Positions 38,224-48,415 of a stretch of 64,000 bases of DNA are shown one piece after another. Under the pieces are notes generated by a model that did not search any database, was not told where the DNA came from, and was given only the letters and a program-made list of their open reading frames with translations. Position 1 is the stretch's first letter. Each line of letters starts with the position of its first letter. Origin of the DNA: Cetobacterium ceti (lineage in GTDB: Bacteria > Fusobacteriota > Fusobacteriia > Fusobacteriales > Fusobacteriaceae); assembly GCF_900167275.1 (NCBI RefSeq), contig NZ_FUWX01000014.1, positions 1 through 64,000 of the forward strand, read 5' to 3'. Position numbers and translations under genes: made by a program.

Positions 38224-38666
38224 TTAAACTGAAAAAATTTATCTTTTTATTATTTTGTTTTTTATCAATTTTATCATTCTCTCAAGATTTTTCTTATGAA
38301 AATCAAATATTAACTTTAGTTAATAGAGAGCGAAAAATTTATAACCTTCCTCCTGTGACTTTAAATAAAAAATTAAATCAATTAGCTCGTATAAAAGCTA
38401 CAGATATGGATACTTATAATTATTTTAGTCATTCATCTCCTAGATTAGGAAATTTATCCACATTTCTAAAAAAAAATAAAATTAAATATATGATAGCTGG
38501 GGAAAATATTGCCAAGGGGCAGAAAACATCGGAACATGTTTTTAATATGTGGATGGAATCTAAAGGACATAGAAAAAATATTTTAAATCCTAGATTTAAA
38601 GAAATGGGAATTGGCAAAGATTCTTCTAATAAAAATATTTGGGTTCAAGAATTTATAGGAGAGTAG
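38220..38666 (+). CDS. Secreted CAP / SCP / YkwD-like domain protein
   Basis: GTG start overlapping the kinase stop (GTGA). Signal peptide. 'GENIAKGQKTSEHVFNMWMESKGHRKNILNPRFKEMGIG' is the CAP-domain core. Confidence 0.65.
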   Translation: MIKLKKFIFLLFCFLSILSFSQDFSYENQILTLVNRERKIYNLPPVTLNKKLNQLARIKATDMDTYNYFSHSSPRLGNLSTFLKKNKIKYMIAGENIAKGQKTSEHVFNMWMESKGHRKNILNPRFKEMGIGKDSSNKNIWVQEFIGE

Positions 38667-38689
38667 GGGAAAATCCCCTACTTCTTATT

Positions 38690-40375
38690 TTATTTATTAT
38701 TTATATATTTAGCAGCATTCTCTCCTGCAATACGTCCAAATATAACTGCAGCACTATAAGCAGCACTTGAATTTGTAACTTCTCCAGCAGCAAAAAGTCC
38801 TGGAACTATTTTTCCATCTTCATAAAGAACCTCTGTCTTTTCATTTGCTACGACTCCACCTCTTGTCATATGGACTGCCGACTCAACTTGCACTCCATAA
38901 AAAGGTCCCTCTAATTTAAATTCTCTTTTAAACGGTTTTTCTGTATAAGGATCTTTAATTTTTCCTTTAACTCCTTTATTATAAGTTAAAATCGTTTCTT
39001 CTAAAATTTCAGAGTTAATTCCTAATTTTTCTCCTAATTCTTCTAAAGTATCAGCTTTTACATGATAACCCTTAGCTGTATGTTTTTGTAAACGATAACT
39101 TGATTCATATAAATTTTGATCATATATATAGAACACTTGAGAATCTGGTTGTTCTAACATTTTATTTGCTGCTTCAACTCTTTTATCCTTAGAAATTGAT
39201 TCACTCATAAATCTTTTTCCCATTTTATTTACAAGAATAAATCCATCTCCACCACCTGTTAAATCTCTTGTATGGCTTATAATAAATGGAAATATATTTA
39301 ATACATCTAAATTTTTAACTTCCATATTATATTTTTCAAATATTGGTAGGAAATCTCCTGTAGCTCCAATTTGATTAGATGTTTGGAAATTTTCAGAACC
39401 TGGAACATATTTCTTTAATAGTTCTTTATTACTTGAAAATCCTCCTGTAGTAATAACTACTCCTGTACTTTTTATATCATAAAAATTATTTTTATTTTGA
39501 ACTTTTACTCCTGAAACTTTTCCATTTTCCATAATGAAATCTAATCCCTTTGTAGATGTCCTTATATCAATTCCCAATTCCTTAGCTCTTTTTTCAAGGC
39601 CATCTTGTACTTCTTCTCCACCATAGGCATCTTTTTCAGCCATATGTCCTCTTTTTCCATAATAATGATTTAATTCAATTCCCATATTTCTTAGCCATTT
39701 ATCTAGGACCCATGCTCCTTTTGCTTGAGCCATTGTTCTTTCTGGTGTATCCATAGAATTACTATTATCCTTTACAAATTTTTCAATAGAATCTTCTACG
39801 CCAGCCTTTTTTTGAGCATCAGAATTTATTAAGTCATAAAAATTCATATCATACTTTCCATTTCCACTTAAAATATCCAATTTTTCAATTAAGATCACAT
39901 TTTTTATTCCTGATTCTTTAGCTGCAATTGCTGCTGCTAATCCTGCTGGGCCTCCACCAACTATTACTAGATCTGTTTTTACAGTTTCTAAATAAGCTAT
40001 TGGTTGCTCTGGTGCTTTTGTTCTAGGGGTAATTCTTCCATATTTTTTCCCCATTTTTTTGTATACCTCATTTACTCCTCTTTTTATAGCTGTAGAAGTA
40101 TATGTAGCTCCTGAAACGCTATCTACTATTGGTGAATTAGCTTTTAAAATTCTTTCTTTTAATATTGGAAAGGCTCTAGACATAATATGAGAAGTTTCAT
40201 TATGAGAAACTAACTTTATATCCTTTATCTTATCATCGTCTGATATAACTTCTAATTTTATCTCTCCTGAAAATCCCTTTTCTTTCACAACATACATTTT
40301 TTCATTAGCTAAAATATTTTGCCCTAAAGCTCCTACAATTAATCCCAGCATTAATAATTTCCCACTTTTATTCAT
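38690..40375 (-). CDS. Exported flavoprotein reductase: N-terminal FMN-binding domain plus FAD-dependent fumarate-reductase / urocanate-reductase-like domain
   Basis: Signal peptide. FMN_bind motif 'VDSVSGATYTSTAI'. Rossmann 'DLVIVGGGPAGLAAAIAA' and 'GLFAAGE' (fumarate-reductase flavoprotein C-terminal motif). Confidence 0.8.
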   Translation of the reverse strand: MNKSGKLLMLGLIVGALGQNILANEKMYVVKEKGFSGEIKLEVISDDDKIKDIKLVSHNETSHIMSRAFPILKERILKANSPIVDSVSGATYTSTAIKRGVNEVYKKMGKKYGRITPRTKAPEQPIAYLETVKTDLVIVGGGPAGLAAAIAAKESGIKNVILIEKLDILSGNGKYDMNFYDLINSDAQKKAGVEDSIEKFVKDNSNSMDTPERTMAQAKGAWVLDKWLRNMGIELNHYYGKRGHMAEKDAYGGEEVQDGLEKRAKELGIDIRTSTKGLDFIMENGKVSGVKVQNKNNFYDIKSTGVVITTGGFSSNKELLKKYVPGSENFQTSNQIGATGDFLPIFEKYNMEVKNLDVLNIFPFIISHTRDLTGGGDGFILVNKMGKRFMSESISKDKRVEAANKMLEQPDSQVFYIYDQNLYESSYRLQKHTAKGYHVKADTLEELGEKLGINSEILEETILTYNKGVKGKIKDPYTEKPFKREFKLEGPFYGVQVESAVHMTRGGVVANEKTEVLYEDGKIVPGLFAAGEVTNSSAAYSAAVIFGRIAGENAAKYINNK

Positions 40376-40473
40376 TTCTTCCCCTTTTAAAATTTTTTAA
40401 ACATTGTGAATTATTATAACTTATATTGATTAAAATAGGATTAATATATCACTTGATTTCTTTAATTTTTGTA

Positions 40474-41145
40474 TTAAAATCTATCTATATAATCTGTAAA
40501 AATACCATCTACTTCTAATTCAATAGCTTTTTTATAATCTATTTCTTCATTAACTGTATATGTAAATATTTTTAGATTATTTCTTTTTATAATTCTACTT
40601 TTTTCTATAGAAAATTTTTTTATATTTGGATTTATACTATAAGGCTTAATTCCTACTTTTTCTATGTATTCTTCTAAATTATTTGGAACTTCATCAAATA
40701 GAAGCCCGATTTTTAATTTATTATTTTTCTTATAAACTCTTTTTAAAATTTCATGATTGAATGAAGAAATTAATATATTTTCTTTAGGATAATCTTTAAT
40801 TTCTTCAAAAACATAATCTTCTATTTCTCTAATATCACTATTTTCAATTTTTAGTTCAATATTAAAAAAACTATCTTTTGGCAAAATATTTATAATTTCT
40901 TTCAATGTTGGAAGTTCTCCTTTTGAAATCTCATGAAGATAATTTTCAGTTAAATCTTTAATATATCCCTCTCCTTTAAATATTCTTCCTAAACTATAAT
41001 CATGATGGACAACTATTTTATTATCTTTTGTAAGTTGTACATCTATCTCATAAGCTTTTGCTCCCATTTCTACAGCTTTTTTTAAACTTGATAATGTGTT
41101 CTCTTTTAAATATCCTGATGCTCCTCTATGGGCAAATAGTATCAT
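40474..41145 (-). CDS. Glycerophosphodiester phosphodiesterase (GDPD family)
   Basis: 'ILFAHRGASGYLKENTLSSLKKAVEMGAKAYEIDVQLTKDNKIVVHHD' is the canonical GDPD HR(G) and E-x-D region. Confidence 0.85.
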   Translation of the reverse strand: MILFAHRGASGYLKENTLSSLKKAVEMGAKAYEIDVQLTKDNKIVVHHDYSLGRIFKGEGYIKDLTENYLHEISKGELPTLKEIINILPKDSFFNIELKIENSDIREIEDYVFEEIKDYPKENILISSFNHEILKRVYKKNNKLKIGLLFDEVPNNLEEYIEKVGIKPYSINPNIKKFSIEKSRIIKRNNLKIFTYTVNEEIDYKKAIELEVDGIFTDYIDRF

Positions 41146-41291
41146 TATAACACCTTCCGTATTTTCTTTATATTATACTTCTAATATTTTCAAAAAAAAA
41201 GTATTATTTTTCTGTATTTTTTTGTAAAATATAATAAGGAAATTTTTCACTTATCCCGTATAAAATAAAAACATTTAAAGGAGGTTTAATA

Positions 41292-42683
41292 GTGAAAAAA
41301 TTTAGTGTCACATCATTGGCAATGATAATCTTTGTAGGAGTTTTTGGATTCCCAAACATTGCCAATAATTTTAAAGCCGTTGGAACTTCGGCATCACTTA
41401 TGTTGATGGTTGGAGCCATTATATTCTTTTTACCACTTTGTTTAATTATGGCAGAATTTGGTGCCTATGCTAAGGATAGAGCAGCAGGTATTTATGCTTG
41501 GATAGAGATTGGATTAGGGAAAAAAATAGCCTATATAGCTATTTGGTCATATTTTGTTGCAAATATATTTTATTTACCAACTTTAGCAACTAGAATTCCT
41601 ACATATTTATCCTTTGTATTTTTTGGAGATGCAGAAGTTACAAATACTCAAACTGCATTACTTGGAACTGTAGCTTTAATTTTTGCTCTTATTATTGGAT
41701 TAAAATATGAAAAGCAATTTCACAAGGTTTCTACTTTTGTTGGATATTTATCTTTATTTGTAGCAGGTATTTTTTTAGTTGCTGGTATCTATGTATATGC
41801 CACTGGACAATCGTCTACAGCAATAACAGCTACTACCTTTGCTATTAATCTTCATGACAAACCTAGTATCGCTATGATTCTTAGTACCTTTGCATGGATT
41901 ATTTTTGCTTTTGGTGGAGCAGAGATATGTGGTGTATATGTAGATAAATTAGATGAACCTGAAAAGAACTTTCCCAAAGCAATTTTTATTGCTTCAGCAA
42001 CAATTGGAATTTTATATGTTTTAGGAATTCTTGCCATAGCTACATTTGGTACAGCCGATGAATTCAGTCAAGTATCTCTTGTTAATGCTGTTATAAGTGG
42101 ATATCAATTTATGGGTCAAAAACTTGGATTAGGACCTTGGTTTATTAGAATGATTGCTGTCAGTTATACATTAATTACAACTGTTTCTTTAGTTCTTTGG
42201 TCTGTTGCACTTGCTAAATCTGTATTTAGTGAAGTTCCCGAAGGAACCTTCCCTGAATGGTTAACAAGAAAAACAGAAACAGGGGTTCTTAAAAATAGTT
42301 TAATTTTCCAAACTATTTTAGCTTTACTATTTATTTTCCTTACTACATTTGGTGGAGATAAAGCCGGAGAATTATATTACAAAATTTATGATATGTCTAC
42401 AATGTCATTTATTGTTCCATATTTTTTCCTAGCACTATCATATATAATATTTAAAAAGAAAAATCATATTTCTCCATTCCAAGCTGTTAAAAATCCAATT
42501 GCTGGAATGATTTTAGGAAGTTTATTATTAATTTTATGTTTAGTTTCTCTTATTTTTTCAGGATATGATATAAGTAAATCCTTTGCAGATCAAATGGGAA
42601 CTATTGAATTATATTATGGCGGTTTATTATTTTTCCTACTAATAGGTGTAGTTATTAAATTCTTTAGTGGAAAAAAAAGATAA
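41292..42683 (+). CDS. APC-superfamily amino-acid permease
   Basis: GTG start 6 nt after aaggagg. 12 TM. 'LCLIMAEFGAYAKDRAAGIYAW' is the typical APC N-terminal region. Confidence 0.75.
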   Translation: MKKFSVTSLAMIIFVGVFGFPNIANNFKAVGTSASLMLMVGAIIFFLPLCLIMAEFGAYAKDRAAGIYAWIEIGLGKKIAYIAIWSYFVANIFYLPTLATRIPTYLSFVFFGDAEVTNTQTALLGTVALIFALIIGLKYEKQFHKVSTFVGYLSLFVAGIFLVAGIYVYATGQSSTAITATTFAINLHDKPSIAMILSTFAWIIFAFGGAEICGVYVDKLDEPEKNFPKAIFIASATIGILYVLGILAIATFGTADEFSQVSLVNAVISGYQFMGQKLGLGPWFIRMIAVSYTLITTVSLVLWSVALAKSVFSEVPEGTFPEWLTRKTETGVLKNSLIFQTILALLFIFLTTFGGDKAGELYYKIYDMSTMSFIVPYFFLALSYIIFKKKNHISPFQAVKNPIAGMILGSLLLILCLVSLIFSGYDISKSFADQMGTIELYYGGLLFFLLIGVVIKFFSGKKR

Positions 42684-42700
42684 ATATTTAAATTATTTAA

Positions 42701-42730
42701 AGGTCTAGAAATTTTCTAGATCTTTTTTTT
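42701..42730 (+). terminator. Rho-independent terminator
   Basis: gtctagaaa-tt-tttctagat hairpin followed by T8. Confidence 0.65.
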
Positions 42731-42822
42731 ATGGAAATTTGATGATGTAAAATTGCCTATTTACTCTATTAAATTTTGTGGTAATATCCTATTATATTAG
42801 AATTATTATAAAAGGAGATAAA

Positions 42823-45096
42823 ATGAAAAAAACTTTATTATTTTTATTTTTTATACTTATGGGAACTTTAAGTTTTAGTGAAAATTTACAAGAAAATGAA
42901 TATGAAATAATTATAAAGCGATTTAATACTTTAAATAATTATGCAGTTAATGATGAAAAAATATCTCAACTCTTAAATAATTTAAATTCTAAAAAAGAAA
43001 AAACATATCTTTGGCCTGAATATTCTAATATGAAAAATGGACCAGATATTCTTTTTACTTATAGAAATATAACTGAATTGGCAAAGGGATATTCCAATTC
43101 CAATTCTAAATATTATAAAAATAAAAAATTAAAAAATACTATTTTAAATTCATTAAATTGGATGAAGAATAATGCTTATAAAGAAAATTTCCCTGAATTA
43201 GGAAACTGGTGGCAATGGGAAATTGGTATTCCTAAGGATTTAAATAAAATTATTTCTTTTATGTATGAAGATTTAACTCCTAAAGAAAGATTAAGTTTTT
43301 TAAAAGGTAGCCAATATTTTCAACCTTACGCCAATTGGTCTGGATATAGTCCTAGTGCTAAATTCTCATCAAACCCAGAAAAAAGAGTTTCAACTGGAGG
43401 AAATAGAATTGATACATCTCTTATAGTTTTTATGAGAGGAATTCTTTTAAATAATTCTGAAGAAGTCCAAGAAGCTCTTAAATCTATTCCAGATGTAGGT
43501 GATTTCGTTGAAACAGGAGATGGGTTTTATAAGGATGGTTCCTTTATTCAGCATGAATCTATTCCCTATGGTGGCACTTATGGAGCTGTTCTCCTAGGAG
43601 GTCTTGGTATTATTCAAAACTTAGTTGCAAATACTTCCCTTGAAATTAAAGATCCTCGTTTTAATAATATTTATGATTCTATTATCAATGGGTATAATTA
43701 CCTACTTATTGACGGACGTATATCTGATTCTATAAGTGGAAGAGCTGTTACTAGACCAAATACCAATGATATGACCAGAGGAGAAGAAAATTTAATTGCT
43801 ATTGCCATGATTTCTCAAGGAGCACCTAAAGAATATAAATATAAATTGCAAGAAATTGTAAAAAGGAATATTGAAGAAAATAATTTAGTTTATCTTCCTG
43901 CTAAAATTAAAAATCCTGTAGAAAAAGAAGTTATTGAAAGTATTTTAAAAAATGATGATATATTAACTCATGAACTTATAGGAAGTAAAAATTTTGGAAA
44001 TATGGATAGATTTGTAAATAGAAATAAAAACTATTCCTTTATTTTAAGTATGCATTCTTCTAGAATTGGTAATTTTGAAAGCATTCTTGGAGAAAATTTA
44101 AAGGGATGGCATAGTTCTGATGGGATGTATTATATTTATACTCAAAAGCAAAATGAATATTTTGAATATTGGCCTACTGTAAATCCATATAGACTTCCTG
44201 GTACTACAGAAAGTTTAACTACTAGAAAAGATGTGAGTGGTCAAAGAAGAATAAAAAAATATATGGTACAAAAAGATTTTGCCGGTGGAGCTTGTGATGG
44301 ATTTAATTCTATGATTGGTATGGATTTTTCTTCTTGGAATGATAAAACAACAGGAAAAAAATCATGGTTTATTTTAGATAATAAAATTATTGCTTTAGGA
44401 AGTGATATAAATAGTACTGATGGTATTGTCAATACAACAATCGAAAATAAAATTATAGATTCTAAGGAAGATATAATTAAAAATACTGAAGATACTTTAA
44501 TCATTAAAAATGATAAATCTAATTTATATTCTGGATATTTTATTTTGGATAAAAATAAATTAAATAATATTTTAGATGAACGAATAGGATCTTGGAAGGA
44601 AGCTGGAGGAAAAGGTTCAAATAAAAAAATATTTAAAAAATATATTACATCTTATATTAATCACGGAGAAAATCCTAAAAATAATTCTTATGAGTACATT
44701 ATTATTCCAGAAGTTAAAGAAAATATTTTAAATAATTTTAATAAAAATTCTATTCATATTTTAAGTAATAATAAATTTGCTCAAGGAGTTGAATTTAAAA
44801 ATATTTTTGGAATAAATTTCTTTGAAGGATCAGATAAAAAAGTTAAAAATTTCATTGGGAAAACTCCTTTAAGTTTAATCGGTCATTCCAATGGAAATAA
44901 TTTAAATTTATTTATCTCTGATCCTACCCATAAAAATCAAGAGGGTATAATCTTAGAAATAATAGGATCTTATTCCTTAGAAAATAAAATTTCAAATGTA
45001 GATATTAATTATGAAAAAGATAAAACTATTTTAACAATTAAAAATTTAAAAAATGGAGAAAGCATAAAAGTTTCATTAGTAAAAAATAAAAAATAA
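42823..45096 (+). CDS. Polysaccharide lyase family 8 enzyme (hyaluronate / chondroitin-AC-lyase-like), secreted
   Basis: RBS aaaggaga and signal peptide. 'NWWQWEIGIPKDL' corresponds to the PL8 N-W-W-x-W/Y-E-I-G motif in the (α/α) toroid. 'GGNRIDTSL' and 'HESIPYGGTYGAVLLGG' carry the catalytic Asn/His/Tyr regions. β-sandwich C-terminus. Confidence 0.75.
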   Translation: MKKTLLFLFFILMGTLSFSENLQENEYEIIIKRFNTLNNYAVNDEKISQLLNNLNSKKEKTYLWPEYSNMKNGPDILFTYRNITELAKGYSNSNSKYYKNKKLKNTILNSLNWMKNNAYKENFPELGNWWQWEIGIPKDLNKIISFMYEDLTPKERLSFLKGSQYFQPYANWSGYSPSAKFSSNPEKRVSTGGNRIDTSLIVFMRGILLNNSEEVQEALKSIPDVGDFVETGDGFYKDGSFIQHESIPYGGTYGAVLLGGLGIIQNLVANTSLEIKDPRFNNIYDSIINGYNYLLIDGRISDSISGRAVTRPNTNDMTRGEENLIAIAMISQGAPKEYKYKLQEIVKRNIEENNLVYLPAKIKNPVEKEVIESILKNDDILTHELIGSKNFGNMDRFVNRNKNYSFILSMHSSRIGNFESILGENLKGWHSSDGMYYIYTQKQNEYFEYWPTVNPYRLPGTTESLTTRKDVSGQRRIKKYMVQKDFAGGACDGFNSMIGMDFSSWNDKTTGKKSWFILDNKIIALGSDINSTDGIVNTTIENKIIDSKEDIIKNTEDTLIIKNDKSNLYSGYFILDKNKLNNILDERIGSWKEAGGKGSNKKIFKKYITSYINHGENPKNNSYEYIIIPEVKENILNNFNKNSIHILSNNKFAQGVEFKNIFGINFFEGSDKKVKNFIGKTPLSLIGHSNGNNLNLFISDPTHKNQEGIILEIIGSYSLENKISNVDINYEKDKTILTIKNLKNGESIKVSLVKNKK

Positions 45097-45117
45097 TTAT
45101 AATGGGGGAATATTTTA

Positions 45118-48042
45118 ATGCTAAAAAAATTATGGGGAACAATGTTTCTTTTAAGTTCTATTTATTCTTATGGAACAACTATATATCAATTTGAAAATGG
45201 AATTCCTAAAAATATAAAATCTATAAATACATCTCGATTAAAAATTACCAATGAAAAATATAAAGATGGTAATCATTCACTTAAGTGGAATTTCAATAAA
45301 AATGATTCTATTTCTATTTTAGGAGATGTTGGCTATTCAACATTTAAAGATGGAGGCAAAGAAAAAGCTCGTTCAAGTTATTCCATGTGGATTTATAATA
45401 AAAAACCCATTGACGATAAACTTATAGTACAATTTAAAAAAAATGGAATTGTAAAAACATCTTTTCCAATTAATATGAATTTCACAGGTTGGAGAACAAT
45501 GTGGGTTCAATATGATAGAGATATGACTGGAACCCCTGAAGAAGGTATGGATGAAATTACCTTTATAGCTCCAAATACTTCTGGAGAAATATTAATAGAT
45601 CAAGTAATTCCATCTGTTTTAATCGATCCTAGACATAATGCAAGAGATGAACAAGTTCCTTTTGTTAATCTTCCAGCAGATGACGCTGTTAATGCTCATT
45701 GGATGGCTCTTTACAAAAACTATAATCTTATAAAATATCATAAAGATAATAAACCTTTAACAGAAAAAGAAATAGTTAGTATAAAATCTATTGAAGATAA
45801 ATTTTTTAATGAAATTATAAAAAAAGTTTCTGTTAATAAAGATATAATCGAAAAAAAGAAAGAACAATTAAAGGAATATAAAAAGATAAATTTAGAATTT
45901 ATCAAACGTTTAGTTATTTATAAAAATATAACGTCTGAAGAAAGAGAAAATATAAAATATGTTCCTACTAAAGAATTTGGAATATTTCTTCGAGAGTTAG
46001 GCTATATGTATCATTCTACTAATAATATTAAAGAAAAAAATGAAATATATTCAATATTCCAAAATGCATTAAATTATATGTATGATCAAGGTTGGACAAA
46101 GGGAAGTTCTCAAGGAACAATACACCATTTAGGTTACCAATTCAGAGAAATTTATCAAGGTGTATTTCTTATGAAAACTCCTCTTTTAAAAAATAATAAT
46201 TTAGAAAAAGCTAGAGAAATGGTAACTTGGTACAGTGCAATGGGAATTATTTATACTGATCCAAACTCTATGAGAGGAATAAATATTGATATTTTAAATA
46301 CAATGCTTCCTGGAATGTTAACTGCTATTTTATTAAATGATAATATAAATAAGGAAGCACAGGAACTTACTCAGTTTAATAAATATTTAACTAAAGCTAT
46401 AACCTATTCTCCTGGAGTTATTGGTGGTTTTAAAAAAGATGGTTCTGTTTTTCATCATATGCAAAATTATCCTGCCTATGGAAAAGGAGCTTTTGAAGGA
46501 TTAACTCCTATTATTTACTATTTAGGAGGAACTCCCTATGGTATAAAAGGTGTAGCTTATAATATTGTAAAAAATTCTCTTTTAATGTCTAGAATTTATT
46601 CTAATAAATTTAATTATTTACTAACTTTAACAGGACGTCATCCTAACAATAAATTTAAAATTGATGATAGTGGATTTAAATATACCGCTCTTGGTGGAGA
46701 GAATGGAGTTGATAAAGAGCTAGCAGAAGCTTATTTAAGACTTACTCCAAACGGAAAAGATGCCAATAAATTTAAAAATTTAGGTTTTTCACCCGAAAAA
46801 GCTCCTAATGGTTCTTGGACTATGAATATGGGATCTTTACAACTTCATAGACGTGGGGAATGGTTGGCTGGAGTTAAAGGTTATAGTCGTTATTTAGTTG
46901 GTAATGAGACTTATATTAAAAATAATCTTTTTGGAAGATATATGAGTTATGGAACTTTCCAAATTCTCCAAGATTCATTAGAGCAAAGTGGATTTGTTCA
47001 AGAAGGATGGAATTGGTCTCATTATCCAGGAACAACTGCTATAAATCTTCCTTTAGATAAATTAAAATCTAATATTTCTCAAGTTGATATTTATAGCGGA
47101 GTAGAAGAAATGCTTCTTTCTGATGAAACTTATTCTGGAGGAAATTCATTAAATGGTAATGGAATGTTTGCTATGAAGTTACATGAGCATCCAAAATATA
47201 ATGGTAGTCATAGAGCTAGGAAATCTGTATTTTTCTTTGATAATAGAGCTATTCTATTAGGAAGTAATATTGAAAATAATGATGCTATCCATGAAACACA
47301 TACAACATTGTTTCAAAATTATTTAGGACAAAATAATATTATTAAGGAAAATAAAATTTATAAAGAAAATACCCTTTTATTAGATAGTCAAAATAATCTT
47401 TATAAAATAAAAAATAATGAGGTAGTTTATTCTAAAGATTTACAACATTCTTTAGATCAAAATACAGGAAAACCTACTAAAAATAATTTTGAACTTGCTT
47501 ATATAAATCATGGAAAATCACCTAAAAATGGAACTTATGAATATGCTATTTTAATAAAAGGTGATAAAAAATCTCAAAGAAATTTTGAAAAAAATAGTAA
47601 CTATAAAGTTTTAAATCAAGATTATTCTTCTCATATTGTTGAAGATAATATTTCAAAAATGAGAGGGTATGCTTTCTTTGAAAAAAGTTCTTTACAAAAT
47701 GATAAATTTATAAAAACAATTGATACTCCATCTTTAATACTATTATCTCCAGAAAAAGATACTTTAGATATTAGTTTTGTAGATCCAGATTTAAGATTAT
47801 ATGAGGGAATTGATAAAAGTCAATATGACAAAAATGGACTTATGAAAGAGGTTAGTATTTACTCTAGAAATTGGAAAGGTAATGATGGCTTACCTCATAC
47901 CTCTACTCTTACTTTAAAAGGAAAATATAAATTAAAAATAGGAAAGAATGTTAAATTAAAAACTGACAAAAATAATACTATTTTAGAAATTACATCTACT
48001 TATGGAACTCCTGTAAAAATAAAATTAATAAAAACAAAATAA
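45118..48042 (+). CDS. Second, larger PL8-family glycosaminoglycan lyase paralog (chondroitinase-like)
   Basis: Signal peptide. Paralogous blocks shared with the upstream lyase, e.g. 'YINHGKSPKNGTYEYAIL' versus 'YINHGENPKNNSYEYIII', and 'GVIGGFKKDGSVFHHMQNYPAYGKGAFEG' versus 'GDGFYKDGSFIQHESIPYGGTYGAV'. Confidence 0.65.
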   Translation: MLKKLWGTMFLLSSIYSYGTTIYQFENGIPKNIKSINTSRLKITNEKYKDGNHSLKWNFNKNDSISILGDVGYSTFKDGGKEKARSSYSMWIYNKKPIDDKLIVQFKKNGIVKTSFPINMNFTGWRTMWVQYDRDMTGTPEEGMDEITFIAPNTSGEILIDQVIPSVLIDPRHNARDEQVPFVNLPADDAVNAHWMALYKNYNLIKYHKDNKPLTEKEIVSIKSIEDKFFNEIIKKVSVNKDIIEKKKEQLKEYKKINLEFIKRLVIYKNITSEERENIKYVPTKEFGIFLRELGYMYHSTNNIKEKNEIYSIFQNALNYMYDQGWTKGSSQGTIHHLGYQFREIYQGVFLMKTPLLKNNNLEKAREMVTWYSAMGIIYTDPNSMRGINIDILNTMLPGMLTAILLNDNINKEAQELTQFNKYLTKAITYSPGVIGGFKKDGSVFHHMQNYPAYGKGAFEGLTPIIYYLGGTPYGIKGVAYNIVKNSLLMSRIYSNKFNYLLTLTGRHPNNKFKIDDSGFKYTALGGENGVDKELAEAYLRLTPNGKDANKFKNLGFSPEKAPNGSWTMNMGSLQLHRRGEWLAGVKGYSRYLVGNETYIKNNLFGRYMSYGTFQILQDSLEQSGFVQEGWNWSHYPGTTAINLPLDKLKSNISQVDIYSGVEEMLLSDETYSGGNSLNGNGMFAMKLHEHPKYNGSHRARKSVFFFDNRAILLGSNIENNDAIHETHTTLFQNYLGQNNIIKENKIYKENTLLLDSQNNLYKIKNNEVVYSKDLQHSLDQNTGKPTKNNFELAYINHGKSPKNGTYEYAILIKGDKKSQRNFEKNSNYKVLNQDYSSHIVEDNISKMRGYAFFEKSSLQNDKFIKTIDTPSLILLSPEKDTLDISFVDPDLRLYEGIDKSQYDKNGLMKEVSIYSRNWKGNDGLPHTSTLTLKGKYKLKIGKNVKLKTDKNNTILEITSTYGTPVKIKLIKTK

Positions 48043-48048
48043 AAACTA

Positions 48049-48076
48049 AAGTCAGAGATTTTTCTCTGACTTTTTG
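48049..48076 (+). terminator. Rho-independent terminator after the lyase pair
   Basis: agtcagaga-tttt-tctctgact hairpin followed by TTTTT. Confidence 0.75.
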
Positions 48077-48089
48077 TTATAATTTTTCT

Positions 48090-48362
48090 ATGAGAAATTG
48101 GTATATATATTTATTACGTTGTAAAGATAATAGTCTTTATACAGGAATAACAACAGATGTTGAGAGAAGATTTAAAGAACACAAAGAGGGAAAGGGAGCT
48201 AAATATACAAAAGCTAAAGGAGTTATAAATATTGAAAAAATTTTTTCTGTTGAAAATAAATCTACTGCTCTTAAATTAGAATATAAAATAAAAAAATTAA
48301 CAAAAAAATATAAAGAAATTTTAATTAAATATGATAAATCTATTGTTGATTTTTTTTCTTAA
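48090..48362 (+). CDS. GIY-YIG nuclease-domain protein (UPF0213 / YazA-like)
   Basis: 'WYIYLLRCKDNSLYTGITTDVERRFKEHKEGKGAKYTK' is the GIY-YIG core with conserved R and E. Confidence 0.75.
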   Translation: MRNWYIYLLRCKDNSLYTGITTDVERRFKEHKEGKGAKYTKAKGVINIEKIFSVENKSTALKLEYKIKKLTKKYKEILIKYDKSIVDFFS

Positions 48363-48415
48363 ATAATATAACCTATAGGCACTGGTCTAGACCAGAATAC
48401 TTATGGGGGTATCTT

